A stretch of 64,000 nt of DNA from positions 286,750,001-286,814,000 of the forward strand of contig OZ024740.1 in NCBI GenBank assembly GCA_964016885.1, given 5' to 3'. Below the pieces are notes generated by a model. That model was not told the origin of the DNA, did not search any database, and worked only from the letters and a program-made list of their open reading frames with translations. This stretch comes from Eledone cirrhosa (taxonomy: Eukaryota). Of this stretch, positions 1 to 14,474 are shown piece by piece (the first letter of the stretch is position 1; every line of letters begins with the position of its first letter). Position numbers and translations under genes: made by a program.

Positions 1-289
1 ATTCGTATAAAATCAAATTAAAATCTTATAATTACATGTGTTGGATGATATTTTTTGTACAGTCCACATAGTGGCTCTTATATGTTGATATTCATGAGAG
101 CTATTATATCATTCCAGTAGCTTAGTTTTAGTGACAGTGGCCAAGTGTCATCTGCATATTGTGGAGATTTCTGAAGGTTGTCCAGGTTGCTTTCTGATTT
201 TCTTGTTAAATAAATAAAACCTTTCTATCAAATGGCAAATATAAATTTATGTTTTTATATGAATAAATTCTTTCCCTAAAACTATTTTT

Positions 290-1815
290 CATCATCATGC
301 TATATCCACTTTTCCATTCTTGCATGGATTTGACAGATCTTATCTAGCAGAGTTTTCCTCCATTCATTGTATTCTTTTCTCATTTCCTCTGTGCAGTTCA
401 GTGATTTGAGAAGATCTCTTAGCACTTCTGCCTAAGTCTTCCTCTACTACAGCTTACTTGTAGCTCTTGGCACGTGTTCAGCCAGCAATCATCTATATGC
501 ACCACATGTCTCTACCTGTGCAGCCTTCCCTCTTGCACACTACATCTGATTTCTCATATGTCCAGTTTTTTCTCTTAACTCATTCATGATTTGTCATACA
601 CATTAGCATTATACATCCAATGGATGATGCTCACTTCATATCTCTCCAGGTTTCACATATCCTCTGTATTTAATGTTAAACAGCCTCACACTTCACATGC
701 AGGCACCGTACAATCTTCATTTCACTCATAGAGAGAAATCCTTATTGTCAACAGAAGCAGTAGTTCCTACAACCTTTTTCATCCTGTACTCATCTAGCTA
801 CTATGCTTTCGGAACAACTTCCTCCACTGCTAATTAGGTCATCAAGGTAACAAAAGCTGCTAATTACTTCTATAAGCTCTTCACTTGATTGGAAAAAAGT
901 TTATTTCACTGATGCTCTTTACTACCAACTATTCCTGTACATCTGCCACATATAAAGTCTACCTACCATCCCATTAGACCTCTTGTGTACCCATATTTTA
1001 CTTTGTGTACATTATATAAAGTGCCTATGTACTTCTTTTTTCCATATCGAGCAAGGCCACTTTACTGATTGAATCAGATTTTGTCTTCTTCCCAACCTAC
1101 TAAAACTCTACTAAGTTTACGCTGAGCACTTTTGACTCAACAAGAATTTCTTTTCTAGCTCTTTTACAGATTCAACTATAAGAACTAAGTCACCAGCTCA
1201 CAGAAGTTTCCAAGGACAGCCAGGCTTAAACCCTTCTGTTATGGCCTGGAGAACCATAATAAACGGGGGGGGGGGGGGGTTTAAGGATATTACCAGGATG
1301 AATATTTACCTGCACATTAAATTCTTCACTAATTTTACTGACAGCATGTCCATGAATAGCTTGCATTGCTCTCACAAGCCACTCATCTTTACCCAGTTTC
1401 CTGAAGGACTGCCAGATAACAGATCACAGTTCTCTGTTAAAAGCTTTTTCCAGATCTACAAAAGTTAGATATAGCAGCTTGTACTTAGCTAGGAACTTCT
1501 CTTGTAGCTGTTTCACTAAGAAAAGAACATCTATGGTACTCCTTCCTGACCAGAAGCCAAACTGCATCTCATCTAATTTCATTTTTTTTTCCTAATTACA
1601 TATACTAATACTCTTTCTGTCACTTTCATAACTTGATCCATTAGTTTTATGACTTTATAATTGCTCCTTTTTTGTATAGCATCACCTTTCTCTTGTAATA
1701 ATTATTGATTATACGGCTTCACCAATCATTGGATATGACACCATCTTGTATCATCTGAGTGACTAAATGGAGTTCTTCTTCACCAGATGATTTCAGCATG
1801 TCAGCAACTATCTTT
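290..1815 (-). mobile_element. Degraded RTE-clade LINE (reverse transcriptase and 3' region)
   Basis: Minus-strand degenerate RT coding with a GCPWKLL-like motif near 1200-1225. It is similar to other copies at 7.1-8.3, 9.3-10.1, 13.2-14.0 and 62.6-63.7 kb. Many stops and frameshifts. Confidence 0.75.
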
Positions 1816-3560
1816 CGCAGCCAGTCCATACCCCTGTAAATGCCTCGTGACCTCCGCTGCCGACACTACAGACTCGTCCACTAGGATGTCATCAATGTAG
1901 GAATTAGTGGCCCTCTTCATCTTGAGGACTGCCGCCATGATCTTCGGTACAGAGCTCAGCCCGAAACCGAGCCTGGTCAGGCAATATGTCTTGCCCTTAT
2001 ACCTGACCAGCTGATACTGCCAGAGCTTCTCATCTATGTGTAAAGTATGTCGACTTTAGATCGACGATTGCAGAAGCCCCCGTCATGCGTCTCTACTCAC
2101 GCAGGGTTTCTCCACAGACATCCGTGACCTCGCCACCCGTGTGGCATGACACGTGCTCATTCAGCTCCCGAAAGTCCAGTACCGGCTCACCTTGTTCTTT
2201 GTGGGTTGCGCCACCGCCATTAACGGCAATACTCCGCACTTCACCTCCTCTTTCCAGGGAAGCAGTATGCCCTCTTCAATCCATCTCTCTACCTCTCGCT
2301 CCTAATGTCTCCCTTCAATGTGTGTTGATAGCAGCCCACTTTGGTCTTCAGTGTAGGTGGTTCTCCCATCCAGTACCACTCAACAACCCATCGTTGCCCA
2401 TCGAACACGGCCTTGAAGTCTTTGTCCTGTACAGTGTAAGCGGGATATTTCTCCTCGCAGGCCTTCTGGTTCTCACAGCGCATACCGATGCGGCGCTGCC
2501 AAATGACACACCGACGTTGTTCACTGTGACGCCTCCTAGACGGCCAATTGCGTCCATGCCCATAACTACGCCGATCCCATCACCACGTTGTCAACTACGA
2601 TGGCAGAAAGCCTTATTTTCTTACCCCGTACCGCCATCCCCACCTCGCTGCGACCTCGGCATTCAATTTTCCTACCGTCGACTGCCCTTACGCTGCTCTT
2701 CCCTCTCCACCTCTGCGCCACCCCTGCGGTCACCAGTGTCGTCATACAGCCCGTGTCCACGAGGGCTCGCTGTGGCTTTCCCCTCACAAAGACTTTCACC
2801 ACGGGCAACGCCTCTACTCGTAAGGGGCAGCTACCGGCGCAGTAGTTCCCCTTGGATCGTTTCCCTGGTCGCAGCTAGTAGCGATGTGACCTGGTCGCTT
2901 ACACCAGTAGCATATTTTGTCCGGCCTTGACTCCCTACAGTCTCACACCTTGTGCGGGCCCTGGCACCTAAAACAGCGACTGCGTGCCGTCGTTGCCTCC
3001 CTTTCACCATTTTGCTGCTGGCTGCTTTGGGCCTCTGTCATTGCTATTGCCGCGACACTTTTCTTGGCATCTTCTGGTATGATGCGGGCTTGCTCCACCA
3101 GTGCACGCATCTCCATTACCTTGTAACCCAGGACTTGCTGCAGTTTCACCGCTATGTTATCTGGAAATCCATTTATGAACGCCAACCGCACCGTGCGTTC
3201 GCATTCCACCTGATAACTAGCCAACATGGCCAATCGCCGTATTTCCGCTGCGAAAATGTTAACGCGTTCACCGTTCCATCTAATCCTTGTCAGCTTAGCA
3301 AAAGCGGCTAACGGTCCCTCCACGAACGCTTCCATCATACTCCTCTCAATCTTTTGCACATCCCTTTGGCTGTGTTCATCCATCTCTAGGAAGAGTGCCA
3401 ACGCATCCCCCTCGAGGTACAGTGCCATGAGGCCAACCACATCTTCTATCTTCTGTAAGCTTGCGACCAGCCGGACTTTTCGCAGCTAAGCGACAACATC
3501 GCCTTCACCGGTAAATGCTCTAATCGCTTCTCCACTCATTTGTAATCTCGTCGCCATATC
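1816..3560 (-). mobile_element. Ty3/Gypsy-like LTR retrotransposon internal fragment (gag, protease, partial RT), inactive
   Basis: GC-rich island. Gag from ~3557 (MATRLQMSGEAIRAFTGEGDVVA*LRKVRL...LYLEGDALALF) carries two CCHC knuckles (CFRCQGPHKV*DC, CYWCKRPGHIATSC). Aspartic protease ALVDTGC lies at 2566-2808. RT motifs YCLTRLGFGL and YIDDIL lie near 1880-1990. Truncated at ~1816; no LTR pair found. Confidence 0.85.
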
Positions 3561-4729
3561 CTAATTTTGTCCTGCGGTAAGTAATAAAAAACAACAGACT
3601 CTTCTCTGTTTTTCCAGTAGCGTTGTTTTTGAGAAAGTTCTTTTTTTTCAGATCTCAGTTTCCAGTGCCAAAATAGCTTGTGGTTAGAAAAAGCTACTTC
3701 ACTTACCACTTATCGCTGGTACCGCTAATCCAATGGCTGGTTTCTCCTCTCCCACGTGCATACAATCTAACTCGTTAACTGGAGCTCCAAAACTGACCTC
3801 CACCACGTTCGCTGACCACCCTAGAGAGGCAGATCTGCTGGCCCTTCCGGTCGAGCACTCCCCAGCCTCCGGCCACCACACACCATACCCACAGTGACAA
3901 CTTTCGTAACATATGTTTTCTTGAATGTTCCTTCCTTATTCGTTGAGTGGTAAAATTAATGAGGGAATTAGTAACATATGGAACGTCATTGTGGTAACTG
4001 TTTCGCCCTTTTTCACATTCTAGACGCTGCGGCAGAACTACATAACAACTGAACTGAACAAACTATTGAAATACTGTAATTTTTAGGTATAGTACATTAT
4101 TCAGCCTGTCATATTCGTGACGTTCTTGGGAACCTTATTGAATTATCAAGTGGTGTTTGGCTATTCCAGCGCCTTAGTCTCGCCATCACCCACGGTAATG
4201 CTGTCAGTCTTAGCTTGCCATAAATATTTTTAGTGGAAAGTGCAGCATTCCCTATTGTGTGTAATTGAGTGTGTGTCTTCATCCCAGTTTTTTCCTTCCT
4301 GACTCTTTTTTGTTTTATTTATTTCTTTCATAAGTTATTTATAACCGAATACACAATTTAAATTGAAACCGGAATAACAACAAAATATATACATAAACGT
4401 CATTAATCTTGTAAAAAAGAAGAAATGATGCACATATTTAGAACATTGACAATTACTACATTTGACTAGCAGAAAGAAACAATGTAAACGGTGTACTAAC
4501 ACATGAGATCTATGATAGACAGTTCACAATAAACTACAAATTAGAAAAAAAAAAAAAAAAACCCAGAGCACTACACAATGGAACATAAAAAAATGTGTGC
4601 TAAGTAGGGGGCATGTGGTATAACTGGAAAAACAGATCAGTGACTTATACTTAGTCATTTTGCCAACTGCCTACACAATGTAAGACTGCTTGCTTAGAGC
4701 TGACTTGGGACCGCATAAGAACATGCCAC

Positions 4730-4940
4730 CATGGGAGCCTCTATGCAATTGCTTGACATGCTTGAAATAGCAGCCAAATTTCCTTCAGATTATACCCAAC
4801 CATCTTGAAAATATAGGGATACATTTCAGTATGAAGTCTTGGGTATACAATGCCTAAAAAAAGAATGGGATGATCATGGCTGGAATGCTTTTGATAATAT
4901 ATCTATTAGTCAGAGCTGAACTGGGGCTAAATAACAACCA
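4730..4940 (+). repeat. Short interspersed repeat family (unclassified)
   Basis: Motif GGAGCCTCTAT...GAAATAGCAGCCAAAT...GGGATGATCATGGCTGGAATGC recurs at ~21015-21110, 35930-36105, 58420-58550 (reverse) and 60060-60350. Confidence 0.6.
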
Positions 4941-5593
4941 GCAATGATGAAAATGTTTCTGGAGAGAGAAAAATGTTATCCACTATTCTGTAGTTTAACA
5001 TATAATCTGAAAGTGTAGTTGTAATCGATAAATATGTAGCTGCTGCACAAGGTTTTTTGATATAATTAGAAAATAAGTTCAATTGGTCAGGTAAAGCATT
5101 GTAACTACAATTTATCAATATAGAAATGAAAAAAGAATTCCCACTGTTGACGTTACTTTTTAAGTATCAGTATCTTCTATATGTTATGCTATTTTTCTAT
5201 TATTTCAGAATATCAGATGCCATTGATATAAAAGGATTTTCTAAAATTGGATGGATCAACAATTTTTATCATCATTTAAGACTACAGGACGATGTCATAC
5301 AGAACAGATATAACTTTATTTATGGAAGAATTTACTGTGAAATATTTCCTCTAAGCTGAGATAAATAGCAAAATTTCTGTACTTCACTGTCTTTGTGTAC
5401 AAAATGATGTTACATTCTAACTGTGAACAAATTTACAAAGGAGTTAGCATCTTTAGATATCAAAAAGATTGATATAGTATTAAAAATACTTGTTAGGAAT
5501 AAACAAAAAAAAATTTTTTTTTAAATAAAAATATCCATACATTGTGGTAAAAAGAAGAATCATAGAAAATTAATTTTGTTAGAACCAGGTTAA

Positions 5594-6660
<1,067 letters not shown>

Positions 6661-7139
6661 CTGTGATAAAGCATACTCTCAAAACCCTTACTTAACTATA
6701 TATGTATGTATTCATATATGAAAGAAGTTATAACAGTGTGTGATAACAATCTCCCAAACTATATTTTATATAACTGCAACTATATTTTCATTGGTGATAT
6801 AACTTACCACTGTGATATTTTTAATAAAAGCATTCTTTCAAAATACATATATTCCACCTTACATATTTCCAGAAAGTAGAAAAGATACATTTGATTCATT
6901 TGACATTGCGGATAAATACCTGAGAAATGTATTCACATAAATTAGGGATAATATCACTTACAGCTTTTATATTAGAAATAAATACACAGATCTAAAATAC
7001 CTTAATAGGGTATATATGTGATATCTTATATATATTATTCCATGTATTTTATGCATATTGGGGTCTACATTTCATTATGTATGTTCCCACCAGGGGAATG
7101 GTTCTGTTGTTGGTAAGATTTATATACTGTTATCTATAC

Positions 7140-8330
7140 AAGATAGTAATTTCTATAGTTAACCGAGTAGTGCAAGAAGATGTCATACCTAATGCTGGCA
7201 TAGCAGTATTATTGTCAATTGCTCCAAGGGTAAAGGAGATGCACGAGAGGGGAAATTACTGAAGGATCAAATTGTTAGATCAGGTTATGAAGATTACAGA
7301 AAGAGTAATTGCACATTGATTAGAGACAAAATTAATGTTGATGAAATACAGTTTAGTGTGCAGGTAGGAGTTCACCAAGGCTTAGTTCTCTTGCTCATTA
7401 TAGTCCTCCAGGCCATAACTGAGGAATGCAAGACCATGGAAGCTCCTATATACTGATGATCTAACCCTCATAACTGAAACAATAAAATTAGAAAAGTTCC
7501 ATACATGGGGTCACAATCTGAAATCGAAGGGCCTCAAAGTGAACCTAGAAAACAGGAAAGACTGCCATTGCCACGGAAAACGTCATGCTCAATATGTGGA
7601 AAAGGAGTAGGAAGGACTTCCCTACTGTGTACTCAGTGGATACATAAGAGATGTAGTTGTATCACAGGTAGGCTGACAGAGTTGATTGACTTCATATGTG
7701 ACATGCACTAGTAACCAACAGCAAGGGTACTCAGGAAATAAACTCTCTCAAATGTTCAGAAGGTTCACTGGAAGTGGTAGAAAGTTTCGAATATCTAGGT
7801 GAGCTAATTAGTAGTAGAGGCAGATGTACCAAAAATGTTGTAGCTAGAGTGGGCAAGGAACTGTTACCTCTGCTTGCAGCAAAAAGCTACTTTGTCAGAG
7901 TGAAAGGCAGATTAAATGGTGCATGTGTTCAAACTACAATGCTGCATTGCAGTGAGATGTAGGTCTTGAGTGCAGAATATTTGCAGCAGCTAAAAAGAAA
8001 TGAATCAAGCATGCTTCACTGGATGTGTATTATTAGTGTGCACAAGTGAACTGAGAGAAAGGTTGAGTAGAAGAGGAATTGACTAGCATGCAAAAGAGAT
8101 GATTGTGTTGGTATGGGCATGTGATGTGCAAGGAGAACAAGAGCTGTATAAAAAAGTGCTGAGCACTTAAGTTGGGTGGAATCTGTAGAGGTGGACAACC
8201 AAAGGAGACATTGGACTAAGTTGTGAGGAATGACCTAAAAAGACTGAACTCCATTAAAAAGATGACACTGGACTGATAATATTCAATTATATAAAAGACC
8301 CATCCACCATCACCAGCACTGTGACACTAA
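7140..8330 (+). mobile_element. Degraded RTE-clade LINE fragment
   Basis: Remnant peptides VQEDVIPN, LLYTDDL, CSICGKGVGR...WIHKRC, VESFEYLGELIS and MLHCSE; interrupted frames. Confidence 0.75.
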
Positions 8331-9344
8331 AATTAAATGTGGTGAGAAACTGAAGGTTACAGTGTTTGGTGATTGAAGAGACAACTTAATATCTCAGAAG
8401 ACCCTTCAGTCTGGACGATCATGTGACAACCTCTTTAGTACTGGTGCCATGATAAAATGCACCAAGTCCACTCTGTAAAGAGGTTGTGCTCATGTTAAGA
8501 TAAAATACACCCAGTCCACACTGTATAGTGATAATGCTGGTACCATGGAAAAATGCACTCAGTATGCCATGTAAGGTGTGCAGTATTAGGAATGGCATTG
8601 AGCTGTAGAAATCATGCCAAATATGGAATGTATGACAAGACATGATCACTTGATTGGTCTAACCTCAAAACACGACCAATCCAACCCTTGTTAACATGGA
8701 AAACAGACATAAAAACAATAATGATCATAAGATCATATGGCACTGTATTAGAAATACATTTATTGCACTATACCAATATATATATATGTATATCTTTGTT
8801 TAACATCTGCTTTCCATGCTAGCAAGGGTTGGATGGGTCTACAGAGACCAAATCAGTGCATTACTGGTGCTTAATTTTATCGACCCCATTTGGTTATTAA
8901 TGTGGGAAGGGGAGGTGTAGTGATGGAGAGAATAGCTAAATGGTAACAGTGGAGGGGTCATGGGTGGTATGCAAAAGAGAGAAGAGAGTAGGTTCTAGAG
9001 TGTGATAGTGAGGATATTAAGGGCTTTGGAGGGAGCAGCAGAAATACAAATGAAAGACACAAAACTCCAGGGTCTTCAGCCATTGAGATGAACTTCGGCA
9101 ATTTTGACCCCTATCAACAGTACTGTTGATAGGGTCACAGCATCTGACACAAGCCAAAGTGCTACCAGTAGAATAAGAGACAAAACAAAACAATAACTTA
9201 TAGCAATTAAGCTATAACATGTAAATATAGAATTTTATTTAACATCAGGAAGAAAGTATTGTACTTTTTATAGCACGAAAGTCTTATGAGACAAACAGAA
9301 GAAAGGAAAAAAAAGCATATTGAGATTATTGGGAGGAGAAGATC

Positions 9345-10150
9345 ATCATCGTCGTTTTTATGTCGTTTTTTTCCATGCTCGCATGGGTCAGACAAGTCCT
9401 TTTTAGCACAACATCTCTCCACTCGATTTGAAATCACTTCTCACCAGCTTTGCCCAGGTCTTCCTTGGTCTACTTCTACTGCAGCTTCCCACCATTGGGA
9501 TTTCTTCACCCAGTCATCATCATACATGTGCATCACATGCCCTTACCAACGTGCACACCACTTCAGATTCCTCTTAAACCCAGTTTTTCCCTCAGTTCAT
9601 CCAGGCTCTGCCTTTCTCTTACATTTACATTGCACATCCAACAAAGCATGGTAACTTCATTTCTTTCCAGCTTATGCATGTCTTCCGCAGTCATTGCCCA
9701 TGCAGCAATGCACTTTGCACGCAGTCGTCTATTTGTATGTAGAGAGAAACCTTTGTTGTCAACAGTGGGAGTCTCTCTATAAACTTCTTCCATCCTATCC
9801 TTATTCTAGCTATTATGCTCTTTGAGCACCCTCCTCCACTGCTAATTAGGTCACCTAGATAGCAGAAACTATTAACCACTTCATGGATCCTCATGTTATT
9901 GGAAAAGGTTTATATCACTGACTCTCTTTCTTCCCCTCAATTATCCTTGTCCATCTTTTACAAACAAAGTTATCCCAATACATCTCTTGTGTACCCAAAA
10001 TTTACATTGGGTACATTTTATATAGTTTATGCCTATGCCTTTTCTACATATTGAGCAAGGCCACTTCCCTGAAAGGATCAGGGTCCTATCTTCTTTCCTA
10101 CTTACTAGCACTTTAGTTTTGGCCAAGTTTACTCTCAGCCATTTTGATCG
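9345..10150 (-). mobile_element. RTE LINE, 3' part of an element split by nested insertions
   Basis: ORF remnants KTKVLVS..WPCSICRKG, VVNSFCYLGDLISSGGGC and LERNEVTMLCWMCNV. The sequence resumes at ~13235. Confidence 0.8.
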
Positions 10151-10180
10151 AAATTCTAATAATAGTAATAATAATAATAG

Positions 10181-11740
10181 TGAGAGCAGGATACAAGTTG
10201 GGAAGAGGAGAGCTTACCATCAACCACCTCCTCTTCATGGACGATCTTAAACTCTTTGGGAAGAGTGAGAAGGAGTTGGATGTACTTGTTGACACTGTCC
10301 ATATTTTCAGCAATGATATATGTATGGAATTTGGTATTAATAAGTGTGGAGTCCTAGTGATGAAGAGGGGTAAATTGAACAGAAGCAACGGAATCCAGGT
10401 ACCAACAGGTGAGATGATAAAGGAAATTGACACTGAAGAGGGATACAAATATTTAGGTATTCTGGAGGCAGATGACACCAAGAACAAAAAAATTAAGGAA
10501 TTGATAAGATCTGAGTACATAAGGAGAGTAAGGAGCGTATTAAAATCACATCTAAATAGAAGGAATGTCATAAGTGCAGTAAATTCCCGAGCTGTGTCTA
10601 TTATTAGGTACAGTGTGGGAATTCTGAAATGGAATGTTGCTGAACAAAAAGAAATGGATAGGAAGCTATTGACTATCTACAACATGTTCCTCAAGAGGAG
10701 TGAGATCGGATGACTCTACTTAAAGAGATCTGAAGGTGGAAGAGGTCTTATCAGCATAGAGGACTGTGTTCAGATGGAGAAAAACAACCTGCACAAATAT
10801 ATGACTGACGGTAGGGAGCCAATGCTCAAAATTGTACTGAAGGAGAAGACAATAGACCAGGGAATGTCCAAGGAGGAAATAACAACAAGGAGGAAGAGCA
10901 ACCTTCATGAAAAATCCCTTCATAGCATCTTCTTTAAGAAAACTGAATTTAGAGATCCACAGATATGGAACTGGTTAAAAAGAGGAGACCTTAAAAAAGC
11001 TATAGAAGGAATGCTAATGGTTGCGCAAGAGCAAGCCCTCAGAATGAAGTGGGTGAAACATCATATTGACAAGGGGGAGGCTAGCTCACTGTGTACGATT
11101 TGTGGAGCGAGAGAGAGGAGACTGTGGCTCACATTGTATCTGAGTGTAAACACCTAGCCCAGACTCACTATAAAGGCTGGGGACATGATGTGATAGGCAG
11201 GGTGATCCACTGGCATCTATGCAAAGTAAACAATTTACCACATTCTGAGAAGTGGTATGAGTATAAGCCAGTCGGTGATAGAAAACGATCAGGTGAAGGT
11301 GCTGTGGGATTTTAGGATAAGACGGACAAGAAATTAGAACACAATAGGCCTGACCTGGTGGTTTTGGACAAGGAAAAAAGATTGTGCCTGATTGCGGATG
11401 TAGCCTGCCCATTTGACACAAGAGTGCAAGAAAAGGAGAGGGAGAAAATTAACCGATACCAGGATTTAAAGTGGGAGTTAAAAAGGATTTGGAATTGCCA
11501 TGAAATCAAGGTCGTCCCGATTGTCATAGGCGCACTAGGTACTATCTCAAAGAGTTTCCAAGGATGATTAAAGAAGATTAGTCCAGCCCCGCTTTTTGGA
11601 ACACTTCAAAAGGCATGCTTGCTGGGAACAGCAAGAACCCTCCGATACATCCTGAATGTCTAAGGCTGCAGGTAGCAGCTTGATATTCATTTCAACAAAC
11701 TTTCCAGTTAAATAACATCAATGACTGAGACTCAAAGAAC
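10181..11740 (+). mobile_element. R4/Dong-clade non-LTR retrotransposon, 5'-truncated (RT, CCHC, restriction-like endonuclease)
   Basis: Motifs INHLLFMDDLKLF, FGINKC, YKYLG, CTICG..EETVAHIVSEC, RPDLVV..IADVACPFD..KEREKINRYQDL and VVPIVIGALG. Flanked by (AAT)n on both sides. Confidence 0.85.
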
Positions 11741-11760
11741 AATAATAATAATAATAATAA

Positions 11761-13232
11761 TGAAATTACTGTGTACAGTGCTCAGGTGCACTACAACTCA
11801 TCAAAGGTGCATGTATAGTACATAGAATAATATACAAATGTCAGGAAAGTGAATAGTGTATGAGTCATGATATACATGTGTGCGTGTGTATATTAGGTGT
11901 AGTGTTGGTGAATCTCAGGAAGCATGGAGGTTTTAAAGGATGCAGTGTCTCGACAGCTAACAACTGATGCAGGCAGTTTGTTCCATGTTTCAGCAACTCT
12001 GAGCGTGAAAAAATGTTTCCAAAAGTCATGAGAGCTGTGCTGTTTTTTGACTTTGTGGACATGCCCACGTGTGTTAGACACATGGGAATCGAAAAGGTAC
12101 TCAGGGTTGTTGGCAAGATGGTTAATAATTTTGTGGGTGTTTACCAAGTCAGTTGCCAGGAGTCGGAGCTTCAATGTATCCATGCCCAGGGAAGCAAGGC
12201 GCTCAGAGTATGGTAGATGCCTGATGGAGGGTATTCGCTTGGTTGCACGTCTCTGAACAGTTTCCAGGCGGTCAATGTTCTGAACAAGATAAGAGTTCCA
12301 GGCTGATGATGCAAATTCTAAGTGTGGCCGCACCATAGCTATATATAGCTGGAGAGCGGCTGACAAAGGTCTTGCTGAGTGATGCTAAGACACCCTCAGC
12401 CTTCTTGACAATTTTAGAGACATGCTTCGTCCAACGCAAATCGCTGCTGACCGTAATGCCCAGGTCATGTTCACAAGAAGACTTCTTGATATTAGTGTTG
12501 TGGAGGGAGTATGTGGACGTTGGGTTTTTACTCCCAAAATGCATGGTGGTACACTTGTCCACAGCCAGCTTGAGTTGCCAGTCTGTGATCCATTGTTGCA
12601 TTGTGTCCAAGTCAGATTTCAGGCAAGATATAGTGTTCAGGATCTGTCCTTTTTATCTCAAGGTACAGCTTGATGTCATCTGCATATTTCAGTACTCTGG
12701 CATTCTTTAAGTTGGCATCTATGTCATTAATATATGCCACAAACAAAAGGGTGCCAAGAACAGATCCCTGTTGTACACCAGATGACATCTCATATGATGA
12801 GGAATGCTGTCCTAGAACCGTAACTACCTCTCTTCGACTGAGAATGAAGGACTTCAACCAATTAAAAAGATCATCCTTCACATCCATTGCAGAGAGTTTT
12901 GCCATAAGTCTTTTGTGTGGCACAGAATTGAAAGCTTTAGCAAAGTCAAGGTAAACAACATCCACCTATGAGCCGCCATCAGTGATCCGGGTGATGTCTT
13001 CAAGAAACTCGATAAATTAATCACAGCAGCTAGAGTTAGGGATAAATCCAAATTGCGAGGGCTGGATAAGACTGTGAGAGTTCCAGAAGTTCCAAAGTGT
13101 TTCTCTGACACAGGATTCTATCAGTTTGGCAATGTAGCTAGTAAGACTGATTGGACGATAATTCACAGGTGATGTGCAGTCACCCTTTGTGAATAGAGGA
13201 ATGACATTGGCAGTTTTAAGGACCAGATTATC
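11761..13232 (-). mobile_element. CR1-clade LINE, 5'-truncated
   Basis: Motifs NYRPISLT, QFGF, DVVYLDFAKAF, SGVQQGSVLG, KYADDIKL, MVRPHLEFASSAW, LETVQRRATK and FFTLRVAETWNKLP. The 3' end runs into an (ATT)n tail at ~11760. Confidence 0.85.
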
Positions 13233-13234
13233 CA

Positions 13235-14050
13235 CACAGAGAGGTTCCCATGGACAGCCAGTTTTAAACTCCTCTGCTATAGTCTGGAGAACAGCAGTGG
13301 GCCGAGAGTCAAACCCAATACCGTGAATTCCTCACTGAACTCACTTCCTGCTCTCACTTTATTGATAGCTCCTCTGTACGTGACTTCAACTGCTCTTACA
13401 AGCCATCCTTCTACACCTAATTTTGTAAAGGACCACCAAATAACAGAATGAGGTACTCTGTCAAAGGCCTTTTCTAGATTAAGAAAAGCTAGATATAGCA
13501 GCTTATTTGTGCTAGGAACTTCTTTTATAGTTGTCTCACTAAGAAGAGGGCATCTGTAGTATTTTTCTCAGGTATAAAACTGAACTGCATCTTGTCTAAT
13601 TTGACTTTCTTTAAATAGCTGTGCTAGAACTCTTTCTGTTACTTTCATAACTTGGTGCATTAGTTTTATTCCTCTGTAGTTTCTCCTTTCTAGAGCACCA
13701 CCTTTATCCTTGTAGCAATTTATGATTCTCCTACTGTGCCAGTCATTGGTATGACTCTGTCCTGTATTACCTGATTGACTATGTTGTTACTAGTTCACTC
13801 CTACTTCTCCCGATGCTTTTATCATCTTGGTAACTATCTTTACCATTCTTCATTTCATTGATTGCTTCTTTGACCCTATAACTGTCAATTTCAATAACTG
13901 ATCCCTCTGTTGGGTGAGTTGAGGGTAGTATTTCTTTCTCCCATTCATTAGCCTCTCACAATAGCATTTCTAGGTCTCTTTCTTTTGACCATCAGTGGTG
14001 CTAAGTGCACCAGTATCATTTCTAACACTTTCCCAAACAACATCCTAATT
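13235..14050 (-). mobile_element. RTE LINE, upstream part of the split element
   Basis: Minus-strand remnants FLNLEKAFDRVP and ELKTGCPWE-like; colinear with the 9345-10150 piece. Confidence 0.75.
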
Positions 14051-14149
14051 CACACTTGCTTATACCAGTGAACATGATTGGTCCACAAGTTTTTAGGTGC
14101 ATTGGAGACAAACAAACGTGTTATTATATATATGTAGATGTAGTGTTCA

Positions 14150-14415
14150 TCATCATCATCACCTTCGTTTAACGTCTATCTTCCACGCTAGCATGGGTTA
14201 GACGGGAGTTATCCCACTTGAGACAAGGTTGGTCGGGTGACCGTGTCTCGCTCATATAGGACTATCTGGCAGGTTTTCTACGGCTGGATGCCCTTCCTAA
14301 CACCAACCACATTTACAGTGTGGAACTGGGAACTTTTTACCGTGTTACCTACACAGCCACATTACAGCGTGGACTGTGTTTTTTTTTGTCGTGACACCTA
14401 CACGATCTCGATCTG
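14150..14415 (-). repeat. SINE-like repeat with (GAT)n tail and internal ~45-bp repeats
   Basis: Core TTCCACGCTAGCATGGGTTAGAC...TTTCTACGGCTGGATGCCCTTCCTAACACCAACC. Copies at ~8420-8720, 20580-20800, 22905-23205, 46960-47230, 52085-52335, 54780-54970, 60680-60870 and 62220-62590. Confidence 0.75.
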
Positions 14416-14474
14416 ATTATTTCATTTATTTGGACTGAATGTTGTGGTACCAACTTTACAGAGAGAGGGTGGTA

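Noticed and set aside
2085-2930. 281-aa plus-strand ORF
   Set aside because: Antisense shadow of the GC-rich Gypsy pol/protease region; no recognisable domain.
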